From Salisapilia sapeloensis CBS 127946 (Eukaryota > Protista > Oomycota), in contig JAADVB010000058.1 in NCBI GenBank assembly GCA_023334545.1, forward strand, positions 20,704 through 84,703: a stretch of DNA of 64,000 nt, written 5' to 3'. The notes under the pieces are model-generated. The model was not told the DNA's origin. It ran no database searches and worked only from the letters and a program-made list of their open reading frames with translations. This document shows positions 35,247 to 46,858 of the stretch, piece by piece. The translations under genes were made by a program, and so were the position numbers. The number at the start of each line of letters is the position of its first letter. The first letter of the stretch is position 1.

Positions 35247-36357
35247 GAGTGCGTCGATATTACGTGTGCAGTATGGAAGTGTCGGATGGGCTCTATGGAC
35301 GCAGTAGAAACAAGTTAGAACTCGCGTGCTACATATCTCGTTGTGGTGCTTGGTGCATATAGAACGAACATCGCATGAACGGAAGAGACTTCATACTTAT
35401 ACACAGCAGTCGTATCAAAAAGTAGACTGCTCATTACAATTTCGTCAGATGCTTGTCAAATGGGAATCCAGCCCAAGCGTCTTGATAAATTCGAGTTGCG
35501 CGACGTCGGACTCGTATTCGAAAGTAACAAGCTCTTGATATCGTATAAATCTGGTTTCCCGACCGTTGCTTATCTTAAGACTGGCGACCGTGGGCTGCCG
35601 ATCGATCGCCAGTGACGGATTTTAAATCGTTACGACGACAGATGGGGGAGGGTGTTGCATTCATGCAAGATCTTGTATGGGCACATGGCGAATGGGTACA
35701 CTCGTCGGACTGTCGACTGGACTGACGCGAGGCTCCCAACGACCCGTTTTACTCAGGTAAAATTGTGCTTCGATTCTTCCATACTTGCCACCTACAGGAT
35801 ATAAGCACGCCCATGCTGGTCAGTGGATCTAATATTTAGACCACATCGATAGGTATTGAGAGGCATTCCCTCCGAGGTATCTATACACTCATGCTGTCTT
35901 GATGCCTCAGCGTCAAGATTACCCATCGCCACTACCGCAAGAAATCAACGCGTCTCGTTGTGCAGCATAATGCATCTTTCGAATAGACACGACACTGACG
36001 ATCATGGATAAAGTTGAACATACCACGCTTGCGACGCTACGTCCATCTACCTATAAAAAAGGATTTTCAGTTTGCCGTTGGATCCAATACCTCGACTACA
36101 TCTCTACGACCTAGATCTCATTCCATCCACTATGCTACGTCAACTCTATAACCAGTACCGACTAAATCCGTCCTTAGGTAATAGCACCTCTACACACATC
36201 CTACGCCACGTCGACAATCACGTCCATCAAGTGGTCTGTATATGTGATACACAACGTCTAGACAGTTACTCGTCACTTACTATGAATGTACAATGCACCA
36301 AACGAAACAAGTAAACTGTCGAGCTTGATTCGAGAACAAACGGCAGTATACACAATA

Positions 36358-38784
36358 CTAGTCTTTCAAATCATCTTCAAACGTATCCTCCACTTGCACA
36401 TCCACATCCTCCGGATCCGCTGTGGCGGCACCTTCAATCACAAGCACACTCCCGTGCTTGGTATACTTTGGTGACTGCTCCATACTCTTCACTCGCGTCA
36501 ACGCCTTGAGTTGAGGACTTAACGGTGGTTTTTCTTCCTCTTCCTCTTCCTCCTCCTCCTCTTCCGCTGTATTGGTAAACTTTAGTGCGCCCATGAGACT
36601 CAACGCCTTGATCTTCTTTCGAGCTCGCTTCCACTTGGCATGTGCCGTCAGCTTGGCATTCAAGCGGAATCCTTCCATGAACTCATTAATGTCAATCTTA
36701 TTATCTCGACCAAAGTCCATCATCTTCATCAGCGTCGCAGGAGACGGAAGCTCTTGCTGCGCTTCGCTCGGAAGCTTTTCGTTCAGCATCTTGACAGCCA
36801 TCTCCAAGTCTTCTAACGTCACCGTTCCATCGCCATCATGATCTAGCATACGGAACAAGGCTTCCAATCGACTGCGATGGCGGTAGAGACTATTAAACGC
36901 ACGTCGACGTTGCATGTGCTCTTCTTCCGACAACGCTGGATCACGTTGTCCCTGGGCGTTGTATCGGTTCAAAAACTCTGCGTAGGAGACTTTGCCCTCG
37001 TCATCCAAGACGGTCAAGAGCGGCTGCAACGCTCGCCAGTCTAACGAAAGGTCCAAGGATGCTTCGAGTATGTCACACCACTGCTGCAACGTGACTTTAC
37101 CAGTGAGTTCTGTATCACACTTGACAAACTCTTCTTCCAAGTCATCTCTTGTCTCAAGAATGAGTGAGAAGAGTCCGTCAAGATTCGACACAGCCATGTC
37201 ACGAGCTTCGACACTTGCCATATACTGGAAGAAAGCAGGTTTACTAGACTTGTCGGACGGAATACGCATGAAACAACCGAGGTTGTTCGCTTTGCCGCAA
37301 TAGTTGGAAGCTGAGAAGAGAGTGACGAGCATACCCTTGTCTCCGTATGGCCAGTGGAAACCTTTTGGGACACACTCGTGCGAACGAACGATTAGTGCGA
37401 GCTTGTTTTTATGCATAAACTTATGCACGAGGTCTGGACCGTACGTGATCCCTGCACCACGTGCGTTCTCTGTCCAGCCTCGAGCACGCTGTGGGTCGCT
37501 CCATAGCAAATCCCGCATGAGGTTCATTCGACGCCACGCTTCTTTATGGTCTCTCTTGCTTATCTTGGAGCGGTAGCGGGATAGGTCGTACTCTGTCCGG
37601 TCCATTTGATTAAGTTCGTGTAGATCGATGCAGTCGCGACCGATGCCTCCATGCAGCACAAGAACTCGTTGGTCCAAGAGCGTCGCGAGCGGCAGCCATT
37701 GGAATGACTGGCAGAAGAGCTCGTACACTTCGATATCGTACTTGGTCTCGCACTCTTTCATAAAGCCAAAGACTTGTGTAATGGAGAAATCTTCGTGATT
37801 GCCACGATTGATGAGCACGTGATCGGGATACAAGAGCTTAAAGAGGTAGACGATGACCATGAGTTCAACGCCACGGTCTCCTCGGTCGACAATATCGCCA
37901 TTAAAGAGGTACGGGTTGCTCTCGGACGGAAGTCCGTTTTCCCGGAAGATGAGAAGGAGGTCGTCTAGCTGGCCATGGAGGTCTCCGATGACTGTGATGT
38001 GATTTGCCTCGATCTTGTACTCGACCAGCGTCGAGATCTTGGACAGGATCGGCGTGATTTCCCTCAAGACACGGACGACGACGTGACGTGGGATCTTGCG
38101 ACCTTGACGACAGGACTCGATTAAGTCCTCTGCATTCTGAAGTGTAATCTGCGCGTCTAGATCGGACGTTTGGTGGTACATATCCGAGATATCAATCTGT
38201 CCAACGAGACTTTGGGACGTCGGATCATTCGCGTCTGAATCCGAGTCTGAACCGGAATTATCACTTGCTGAAGCCTGCGCTTTCTTCTTCTCATGCACTT
38301 CAGGCATATGGGCCGAAAGCGTATCGAGAAAGACGGATAATTCCAACTAGTACATGTCAATGTCTTGTACTCGGAATACAATCACAAAGATATCATACCA
38401 CTTCAGATTCTTCCCTGTTTTCTAGATCGTTAAACAACTTCCAATTTGAGATCACATCTTCCCCAGATTGTTTCTTCGTGGGTGCTACAAGTGGAGCCAA
38501 TCAATATGATTCGCTTTGGCAGGTACGACAAGGATGTATAGGAAAGCGACGTACTTGATGGTTCTTGAGATGAAGGTGATGGAGGGATAGATGAAGAGTG
38601 TGAATGCTCTAGTTCAGATTCTTCACCTTGACTTTCAGCCGTTGACTTTTCACGCCTAAAGACGCAGAAAGTGAATAAAATAAGCAGGACGAAGGATACG
38701 ACTATAAAAACAAAGGAACAACTTTTGCAACGATCTCTTCTGCTTTGACTCTCGCTGTTGTTCGTGGGAAGACTTGTTCCCCAT
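36358..38784 (-). CDS. PPEF/rdgC-type Ser/Thr phosphatase with EF-hands; 4 exons; N-terminal MGNKSS (possible myristoylation)
   Basis: GDLHG, GDIVDRG, RGNHE, SASNY PPP motifs; EF-hands DDEGKVSYAEF, DHDGDGTVTLEDL, DFGRDNKIDINEF. Upstream exons join in frame from ATG 38784. Confidence 0.92.
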
Positions 38785-39532
38785 GGCCGCTTAAGCGCTA
38801 TGACCCGAGGTGAAGCAAATACTGATGTGGCGAATAACAGGATGGCATTCTAGATTTCGATTTATTACCTTCTATTTATCGTCACATTTATATGTTTTAT
38901 AATATTGGTTTTGAAGGACAGATTAGATATGTACCACATACCTTTGTGTGGGAATGGATACACTTTTACTACAGAATGCCCCCGAATGGAGTCAGATGCA
39001 GGTGAGATGTAGTAACCTGGAGAGTATCGTCTGTAGATGCTTTCTTCAAGCGGCAAGTGGCTTAAAAGGGCCGATATTCAACTAGATATTGTGTCTGTGC
39101 GTTGTTCTTGATATCGGTATGGTTGTCATGAGTTAGAGTGTTCATGATGGAAGGATCGCTGCGAGTCCCACGGTGAAATACCGTCGAGTCCCATTGACTA
39201 CAGTCGATGGAATGAAGCATCCAGGGCGATTAGGTAGGCGTGGTATTCCACCTGGACTATCATTTGCTTGAAGCTTATAATCTTTCAAAATTTCCCCAGG
39301 CTGCCATAACACAATGGTATCCCTTCTGGAAGGACACTATCAGCCGTGGAAACCCCCACTCTCTTCCTACTAGCCCCCTCTCTTAATTCCTCTTCACTAC
39401 TCTATATCCCTTCTTTCCTTAGCGATACAAATGTAGGATCGTAGATTAAAGTAACCAAGAAACACAGGAATTAAACTAAAGAAAAACCATTTTCATTCAA
39501 ATGAAACCCAACGTCCGCATGCTTCCTCGAGC

Positions 39533-42500
39533 TTAATCTCCCATGCTCTGGAAGGCCTGTTCAATCTCTTCATTCAAGTTGGCAAAGAACTGACGTAGCT
39601 CTTGTTCCGGTTGCTTCGGTAGTTGGAACTTGGTCTGAATAATCTTCTGCAGCACGGGATTCATCTCGTTCCGAATCTGTGCCCACGTGATCTTAGCATC
39701 CGCTGGTGAATCCGCAATCGCCTTTTGACTCAAGTCATAGAAAAGCACAATCGACCGGAGCATACCGACACTTTTGACAAGTGGACAAGTGTAGTCATAA
39801 TCCGAGAAAGCATTCTGTTGCAAAAAGTCTTCTCGCAAGACTTTTGCAACTTCCATAATGACTTTCTGATCTTCACTAAGACTTTCCTTTCCGACCAATT
39901 GGACAATCTCGGTCAGATTATCTTCCTTCTGAAGAATATCTTGACACTTTGTACGTAGCGAAGAGTATTCGCTATCGATCTCATTAAAGAAAGGTTCCAA
40001 GACACCCATGTACTTGGTGTAGCTCATGAGCCAATTCACACTTGGGAAGTGCTTGCGCTGTGCTAGTTTCTTGTCTAGTCCCCAGAAGACTTGGACAATG
40101 CCAAGCGTCGCAGCAGTCACAGGATCTGAGAAGTCTCCACCAGGAGGACTCACGGCGCCCACGACCGTCACACTACCTTCACGATTCGGACTGCCGAGAC
40201 AAGACACACGGCCAGCACGCTCGTAGAAAGCTGCGAGACGTGCGCTGAGGTACGCAGGGTACCCAGAGTCGGCTGGCATCTCTCCCAATCGACCAGACAT
40301 CTCACGCAAAGCTTCTGCCCATCGAGAAGTCGAGTCAGCCATCATCGACACGTTCATACCTTGATCACGGAAGTACTCGGCGAGCGTGATGCCAGTGTAG
40401 ATACTCGCTTCACGTGCCGCCACAGGCATGTTACTCGTATTCGCGACAAGCGCCGTACGTTTCATGATCGGCACTTCTTTACCATCAACAGACATGGTGA
40501 GTTCCGGGAAGTCATTCAGGACTTCGGCCATCTCGTTCCCGCGTTCACCACAGTTGTGGACAAGTGCCATGTTCGCGAGGAGGAACTGATGGTCACTGTC
40601 GTTAGAGAGCGTGAGGCCGAAGAAGTCGTCCGCAGGCTTCTGGACGAGAGAGAAGCGGTACGACTGAGGGAGACGGTCGCAAGGAACAGGAGACATGTAG
40701 TGCGACTTGGAGTGCGAGAGGACGGAACGAAGAAGGTTGGCATCGTTCGAGGTTTTCGCACCGAGAGATAGTCCGTCGGAGGTCACCTGGCAGACGAGAC
40801 CGAGAGAACGAGAGAGCTGGAGAAGGCTCTGGACGAAGGAATCCTTACGAGGACGGATAAGAGCACTGACACTCGACTCGTCCACCACTCCAGCAACGTC
40901 AATGAAGGCAGCCAGGATGTTCTCACGAACGCACATGTCGTCCAAAGACAAGGAAGACGGGATGCTATCCTTCATCTTCATCGCCTGCATCACCTCCTCT
41001 AGATGCACTGGCATGATGTCAGTGGCAAGAGAGTGACCGAGGTCGTACGCGACATCCTCTAGCTTTTCCTGTACGGACAAGCCCTTGAGGACAGAAGACA
41101 GACGAGAGCTCTCATAGAGCACAGGAGACAGGAGTTGCTTCGTCTCCCGACGCACGTGGGCGTGAACAAGTGATAGATCACGTGCTTCCAACGTCCATTC
41201 CAAGTGCTCAGGCAAGGACGCGACAAACGTCGACGCTTCAGATGTAGTAGCAAAGGTCTTGGTCGTCGGATGGACTAGACCGATGACACGGCCATCCGAC
41301 GTGATCGTCTGCATCTGCTGCAAGTACGACACGTGCGTAGTTTCTTGCTCCGCGACTTGGCGAGTACGTAGGACGAGGATGTGCGTGGCATTACACGTAT
41401 ACAGGACACTATCTCCTTGCAAGTCATGGATCAAAACGTCATACATGGTCTCCACGCCTCTCGGTAGAGCCGTTACGAGTCGTCCATGACCGTCTTTGCC
41501 CATGACCGACTCTCCTTCCACCACATCCTCCACGTTTCTTTCATCTCCGTTACTCATGAGCACCTTGGTGCCTCTCGCAAAGCACCCTACGTACACGATC
41601 GCATCCGAGTTACTATGCTTACTCAGCGCTTGGGAAATGACCGTCTTGCCACATCCAAAAGCGCCTGGTACAGCACAGGTACCTCCCAGGACGGAAGGGA
41701 AGAGCGCGTCGATGACACGTTGACCAGTCTGCAGTGCGACGTTGCCCGCTAGCTTCTCCGTGACCGGACGAGGCTTTCGCACGGGCCACAAGTGCGACAG
41801 ACCGAGCTTGTGGGTGGCGCCAGTGGTGTCGTCTCGGACTTCGAGGACCGTGTCCTGCAGGTTGAAGGTCTCATGTCCGTCCGTTCCGTCGCCATAGACC
41901 TTGACGACCGTGCCGTAGATGTTCGGTGGACACATGATCTTGTGCGAGTGGATGATGTCGTTCTCGTGAACAAAGCCAAACACATCTCCGCCCGAGATCG
42001 GGTCGCCCTCCTTGAAGTTCTGAGGTCGGAAGCGCCATTGTTTGTCGGCTGCGAGGGCCGGGACGTCGACGCCACGAGGGACGTAGACGTCCTTGGACAG
42101 CTCCGCGATGGATTCCAACGGACGCTGGATGCCGTCGAAAATGTTGTCGACGATACCAGGACCTAGTTCCACCGAAAGAGGAGACTTTCGACGTTCGACA
42201 GGATCTCCGACGGTTAGTCCAGCTGCACGAGGAGAAGATTTGCATCGTTTAGAAGTGTTGATCGGTTAGTAGGAAGATATGGAAAGTAAATCATTAGAAA
42301 GGAACGTACAGGTGTCTTCGTAGACTTGGATAGACGCGTTGGTACCTTCCAGCCGAATGATTTCACCCACGAGCTTGTCGTGTCCGACACGCACCAGCTC
42401 GTACATGGCCGCTCCATGCATATTCTCCGCAATTACCACTACACATATATGTAAATATATATATCTCTACATCTATCTCCTATCATTCATAAAACGCGTA

Positions 42501-42571
42501 CGAGGTCCGGAGACTTTAAAGACGTATCCATAATCCGCCTCCTTCTCATTCTCTCCGAGTACATGCGCCAT
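39533..42571 (-). CDS. VMA1: V-type H+-ATPase catalytic subunit A, interrupted in frame by an intein; exons 42571-42502, 42438-42310, 42222-39533
   Basis: [15 protein letters not shown]-loop [12 protein letters not shown]|C...N|[43 protein letters not shown]. Confidence 0.98.
40553..41584 (-). mobile_element. 344-aa VMA1 intein, PI-SceI/VDE homologue with degenerate LAGLIDADG endonuclease
   Basis: 1032 nt in frame. Block [11 protein letters not shown], block [17 protein letters not shown], blocks [28 protein letters not shown], followed by extein Cys. Confidence 0.97.
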
Positions 42572-42794
42572 CTTCCGCTCGATCTTTTGTTCCTCCGTGT
42601 GACTTGAAGAAAGTATTAAAAGGTATATAATTGGATAAAATACATGATAATAATACCCAATGAAATAAGTGTATTTTATTGGTTCTCGACACAAACACAT
42701 TTGAGCATCTCAAGACCGACAAGGAACGGACTTGGGCGACTTGTACTTGTCTTTAACAGTAGATACGTACATTCGCATTGGATCAGGATCAAAT

Positions 42795-44191
42795 ATGGAG
42801 ACGCCTGGAGATGTGTCCAAAACGACAGGCTCTGCTGCAACGTCTGTGACAAGTAAGAAGGCTGTGAATCTTATCATTGATTCCGGCGCGATTATTAAAG
42901 GCGCTGATCTCGCTTCTCTAGCAGAGGTATATACTTGTATGTGTTGCAGGATCTAGTTCTCCTTACTGACTACCGTGTGTGTGTCTTCTAGACGTTCTGG
43001 ACTGTACCGGATGTGATTAGTGAGATTCGAGATGAACGCTCGAGACGCATGTTCCGTCGACTACCGTTCGAAGTGAAGACGAGAGAGCCATCGGCTGCTG
43101 CCATGAACGCCGTCGTAGATTTCTCCAAGAAAACCGGCGACTACGCTTTCCTCTCTCTTCCTGACTTACGTGTCTTGGCACTCACATACATGATCGAGAC
43201 GGAAGCCAATGGCACTTCCCACTTGCGAACAGAACCATCCAGAGCGAACGATACGAGTAAAGTGGCGTGCAAGTTCTACAACGGTCCCAAGGGCTGTCAA
43301 TACGGTGACAAGTGCCGCTTCAACCACGACGGACCAGGATACCAACCTCCAGAGCCAACTGAGGACGCTACTCAGACTGAAGAAACCGCTGAGAAACCGG
43401 TCGAAAAGGAAGTTACAGTGGAAGAGAGTAGCAACACGGGGGAGTCTACTCCTGTCGCGTCTGAGAACACGACCGAGTCAATGGCTGCGTCTACGAACGA
43501 AGCAAAATCACGTATTCTAGGCACCAATTCCCACGTCTCGAGCGTGTCTGCTGAAGAAGACGATGGCAAGGGATGGATCAATGCTTCTAACTCTACTCAC
43601 TTCTCCGCTTCTCCATTCGGTGACGGACAGAACACAGAGCTCGTGCACAAACCATTGACGTCAGCATGTGCCACGACGGACTTTTCCATGCAAAACGTGA
43701 TGCTACAAATGGGACTCAACCTCTTGTCCACAGACGGTATGCGCATTCGCCGCGTGCGCCAGTTCCTTATGCGTTGTGCTGCTTGCTTCACGACGACGCA
43801 CGAGATGGAGCGTATGTTCTGTCCCAAGTGCGGTAATGCCACGATGGAACGCGTTGCCTACAGCGTAGACCGCTTCGGGCAGGTGCAGCTTCATCTGCGG
43901 GATCCGTCTCGCCGGCCAACGCGACTGGCTGGTACCAAGTATTCGATTCCCAAGCCGAAAGGTGGTCGACATGACGACCTGTTGCTTCGAGAAGATCAGC
44001 TCCTTGGTGGCATTTGGGCCCAGCGTCAGCGACAGAATCGCCGTGTCGTCCAGAGTGCTTTTGGCGAAAGCGTGGCGAAAGATCTGGGCGTCAAGGCTGA
44101 GCAACAGGCTGGACTCAAGGTCGGCTATGGTCGTATGAACCCGAACGCACAGAAAGGTAGAGAGCGACGCGGGAAGAAGAAGCGCAATTAG
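42795..44191 (+). CDS. NOB1: 20S pre-rRNA endonuclease NOB1 with an inserted CCCH zinc finger; 2 exons (42795-42926, 42992-44191)
   Basis: PIN motifs LIIDSGAII, EIRDE, DLRVLALTY, TTDFSMQNV; zinc ribbon CAAC...FCPKCGN; GTKYSIPKPKGG. Confidence 0.95.
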
Positions 44192-44471
44192 AGTAAAGAA
44201 TGGATACGAGATTGTTTTTTTTGCATGACGGAGCGTCTTGACTTATCACCTGGCGGAAGAGTGGGATACGGACATGGATGTGTTTAGAAAGGGCGTTTTA
44301 CTCTTCTCTACCCTCTCTCCGGCTAGTGGTCGCCAAGATACGAGGAGTAAGTTCCGGAGCCGAACTAATTTATTTTTAGCTGCACTGGACACTTGGCATG
44401 CGTTCCTTTGTATGTCCACTTTTGTATTCCAGTCTTTACGCAGTCGGTCCTTTGGTATATTACATTCCCGT

Positions 44472-44491
44472 TTCATCCACCGGTGGATGAA
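44472..44491. repeat. 20-bp perfect palindrome TTCATCCACCGGTGGATGAA
   Basis: Read directly; about 90 bp upstream of the ATG at 44583. Confidence 0.85.
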
Positions 44492-44582
44492 GCAGAGGGT
44501 CTGGCAAATCCTTTCTGCCGCCGTTTTTCTCACTGACATCATATCGACCTGTCAGTCGTGAATTTGACCTCGTGGAAGGAAG

Positions 44583-46170
44583 ATGGGGCGAACGAAAGTT
44601 GTATCGATTGATCAAGCAATGGAGACGAATGAAAGGATAAACTCTCCACGAAGTCTAGACGCTTGTTGGCGAAGCGGCATCGACCCGGAAGAGTTGCTAC
44701 CCAAGTAAGACGTTCATGATGTTCATGTGGAAATCGATGTCTAATATATTTATATGAATGGATAGGACGATCCAGGACTTTTGGGACCGTGGAGGCAAGT
44801 ATGCCGCGGTAGAGAAGAGAGCCGCGGAGCTTCGACTCGACCATTATAACGTACAACGACAGCAAAAGATGCAGACGGTACAGACCGAGAGGAATGCAAT
44901 GATCGAACAAGAGCAGGCGCAATCGAATGGTGGAAACCAAAATGGGTCGAGTACGCCTTTAGGAACTCATTTAGGACGGGCATGGAATGGAAATCAGAGC
45001 ACGTCTCCGATCGTGAAACCTATGGGAACCTCGTCGACATCTCCAATGCAGTCCACGGCCATTCAGCTGGAAGAAATGCGATTACAACGGATGAAACAGC
45101 GACAGCAGAAGGAATTACATAGTCTTATCGAAATGGAGAACAAGATGGCTCGCATTCAGCAAGAAAATGCTCGACGAGAAGCAGAAGAACGGAAAAGGAA
45201 GGAGATGTATGTGAAAGAAATGCAGGCTCGACGTGCGAAACTTATGGCTGCGAAACACACGCGAGAGTTGCAGTTAAAACAGAAAGAGGAGAAAGAGTCG
45301 TTTGTTAGTAAGGAGCGTGCGAAAATCGAGGCTGAGCGGACTCGACAGCGCTTTGAAGAGATTGACAGACAGCGGATACAGCGACAGAAAGAGATCATGG
45401 AAAAGGAGCGTGAGCGAGAGTTAAAAGCAGAAGAGTTTCGACAGCAAACGAGACATTTGATCGAAGTTCAGGAGCGTGCAGCTGCCGAGAACCGCGAAAG
45501 AGCAAAGCAAAAGGAGCTACGGGTGTCACAGAAGTTGGAAACAGTAGCTCAGCTGCGAAAGGTCGAGTCAGCACAGCGTCGAGCGAAGGCAGAAGCGAGG
45601 TTACAGCAAGTCTCGAATCAATTTCAGTCAGCATTAGACAAGAAGCGGCAAATGTTCACAGAGAAGCAACAGGCAGCAAGTGATCGGGCTCGTGAGGTAC
45701 ATAAGCGCGTGCTCGGTGAGCTTGCGGCAAGAAATGAGAAGCATCGGGAACAGGAAGAGATACGTCGAAAACGTTTGGAAGCTGCGAGAGCAAGTGAAGA
45801 GGCACACACGTTGATGTTGGAGCAACGTCGTTTGGAAATGGAAAAGCGAATGGAACGGACGAGAGTAGAGCGAGAGAAAGAAGATCGACTTGCAAAAGTG
45901 GCGAAGCAGCTTCGTGCGGACGATAAGCTTCAAAATGTAGAGCGTCTCCGACGCGTGGAAGAGTATTCACGTGCAAAGTTAGTTGAGCGAATTTCTAGTG
46001 CAGACGCACGTAGTCGTGCAATCAAGACTCGCAAGCAAGAGATGATGGCTGCGCGACAGCAGACAATGGTGCAGTCGATGATGCGAAAGCATCGGATACG
46101 AGACGTCGTTGGCCATCTTCGACAATCAAACAAGTTGGACAAGCTGCAAGAGACGATATGTGATTTATGA
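44583..46170 (+). CDS. Coiled-coil protein with N-terminal SPRSLDAC..GI.PEEL motif (CCDC177-like); 2 exons (44583-44704, 44766-46170)
   Basis: The upstream exon joins ORF 44758-46170 through a 61-nt GT-AG intron; long E/R/K/Q-rich heptad region. Confidence 0.7.
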
Positions 46171-46858
46171 TGAAGTGGAATCGTTGAAAGAGTGTCGACA
46201 CTCAGTGCTAGGAGGAATTGCAATTAGTGGAAGTGAGAGGTAGTAGTCGTATCAGGTGTACACAATATAGGTATCATTGCTCTACACGCCCATCCTCTAC
46301 TTTTTCAATGTGACGCTACCTACGAAGGTGATATACGCTGATGCGTGATCGTTAGCAATACTGAGCTTACAGGATGCTACAATAAATCAGGCTGGTGTTT
46401 AACAATCTTGCTTCTTGTTTTATTAAATTGTAAATGAACTTTATTAACTACCTCTATCGATCGACTAACCGGGATGTACTAGTGCTAGACCCGTCAGTAT
46501 CCACACGACGAATGAAGTTTTTACTTGTGTCAGCTTTTAAATCGGGGCGAGACCAGTTGGGAAGTAGTAGAGGTTGATATGAAGTAGGAATGGTATGACT
46601 GCTTTCATGTTAAGTACTATCTGTACAGTGATCATGAAAACTATCGTTTACCATATGATAAACCAGGGAAGGATTGGAAACAGCGAGCTTCAAGGATGTT
46701 AGACTCCTAGTGGAATGTCATTTATACCTAAATGGTTTGGTCGTCCGAGACCATTTAGCGCAGTCGTTTGAAATAAATAGGCCTATTGCTTCAAGATATA
46801 CCTCAACGATGTTCGCAAAAGCAAGTGCATGGAACGTCGTGTTTTATGCTTCAGCTAC

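Noticed and set aside
39533-42571. Whole VMA1 locus as fungal contamination
   Set aside because: The extein N-terminus, short GT-AG introns and shared divergent promoter with NOB1 fit the surrounding oomycete-like sequence. Still needs read-level confirmation.
44238-44561. Overlapping ~100-aa ORFs on both strands after NOB1
   Set aside because: They lie in the UTR/promoter gap; no motifs.
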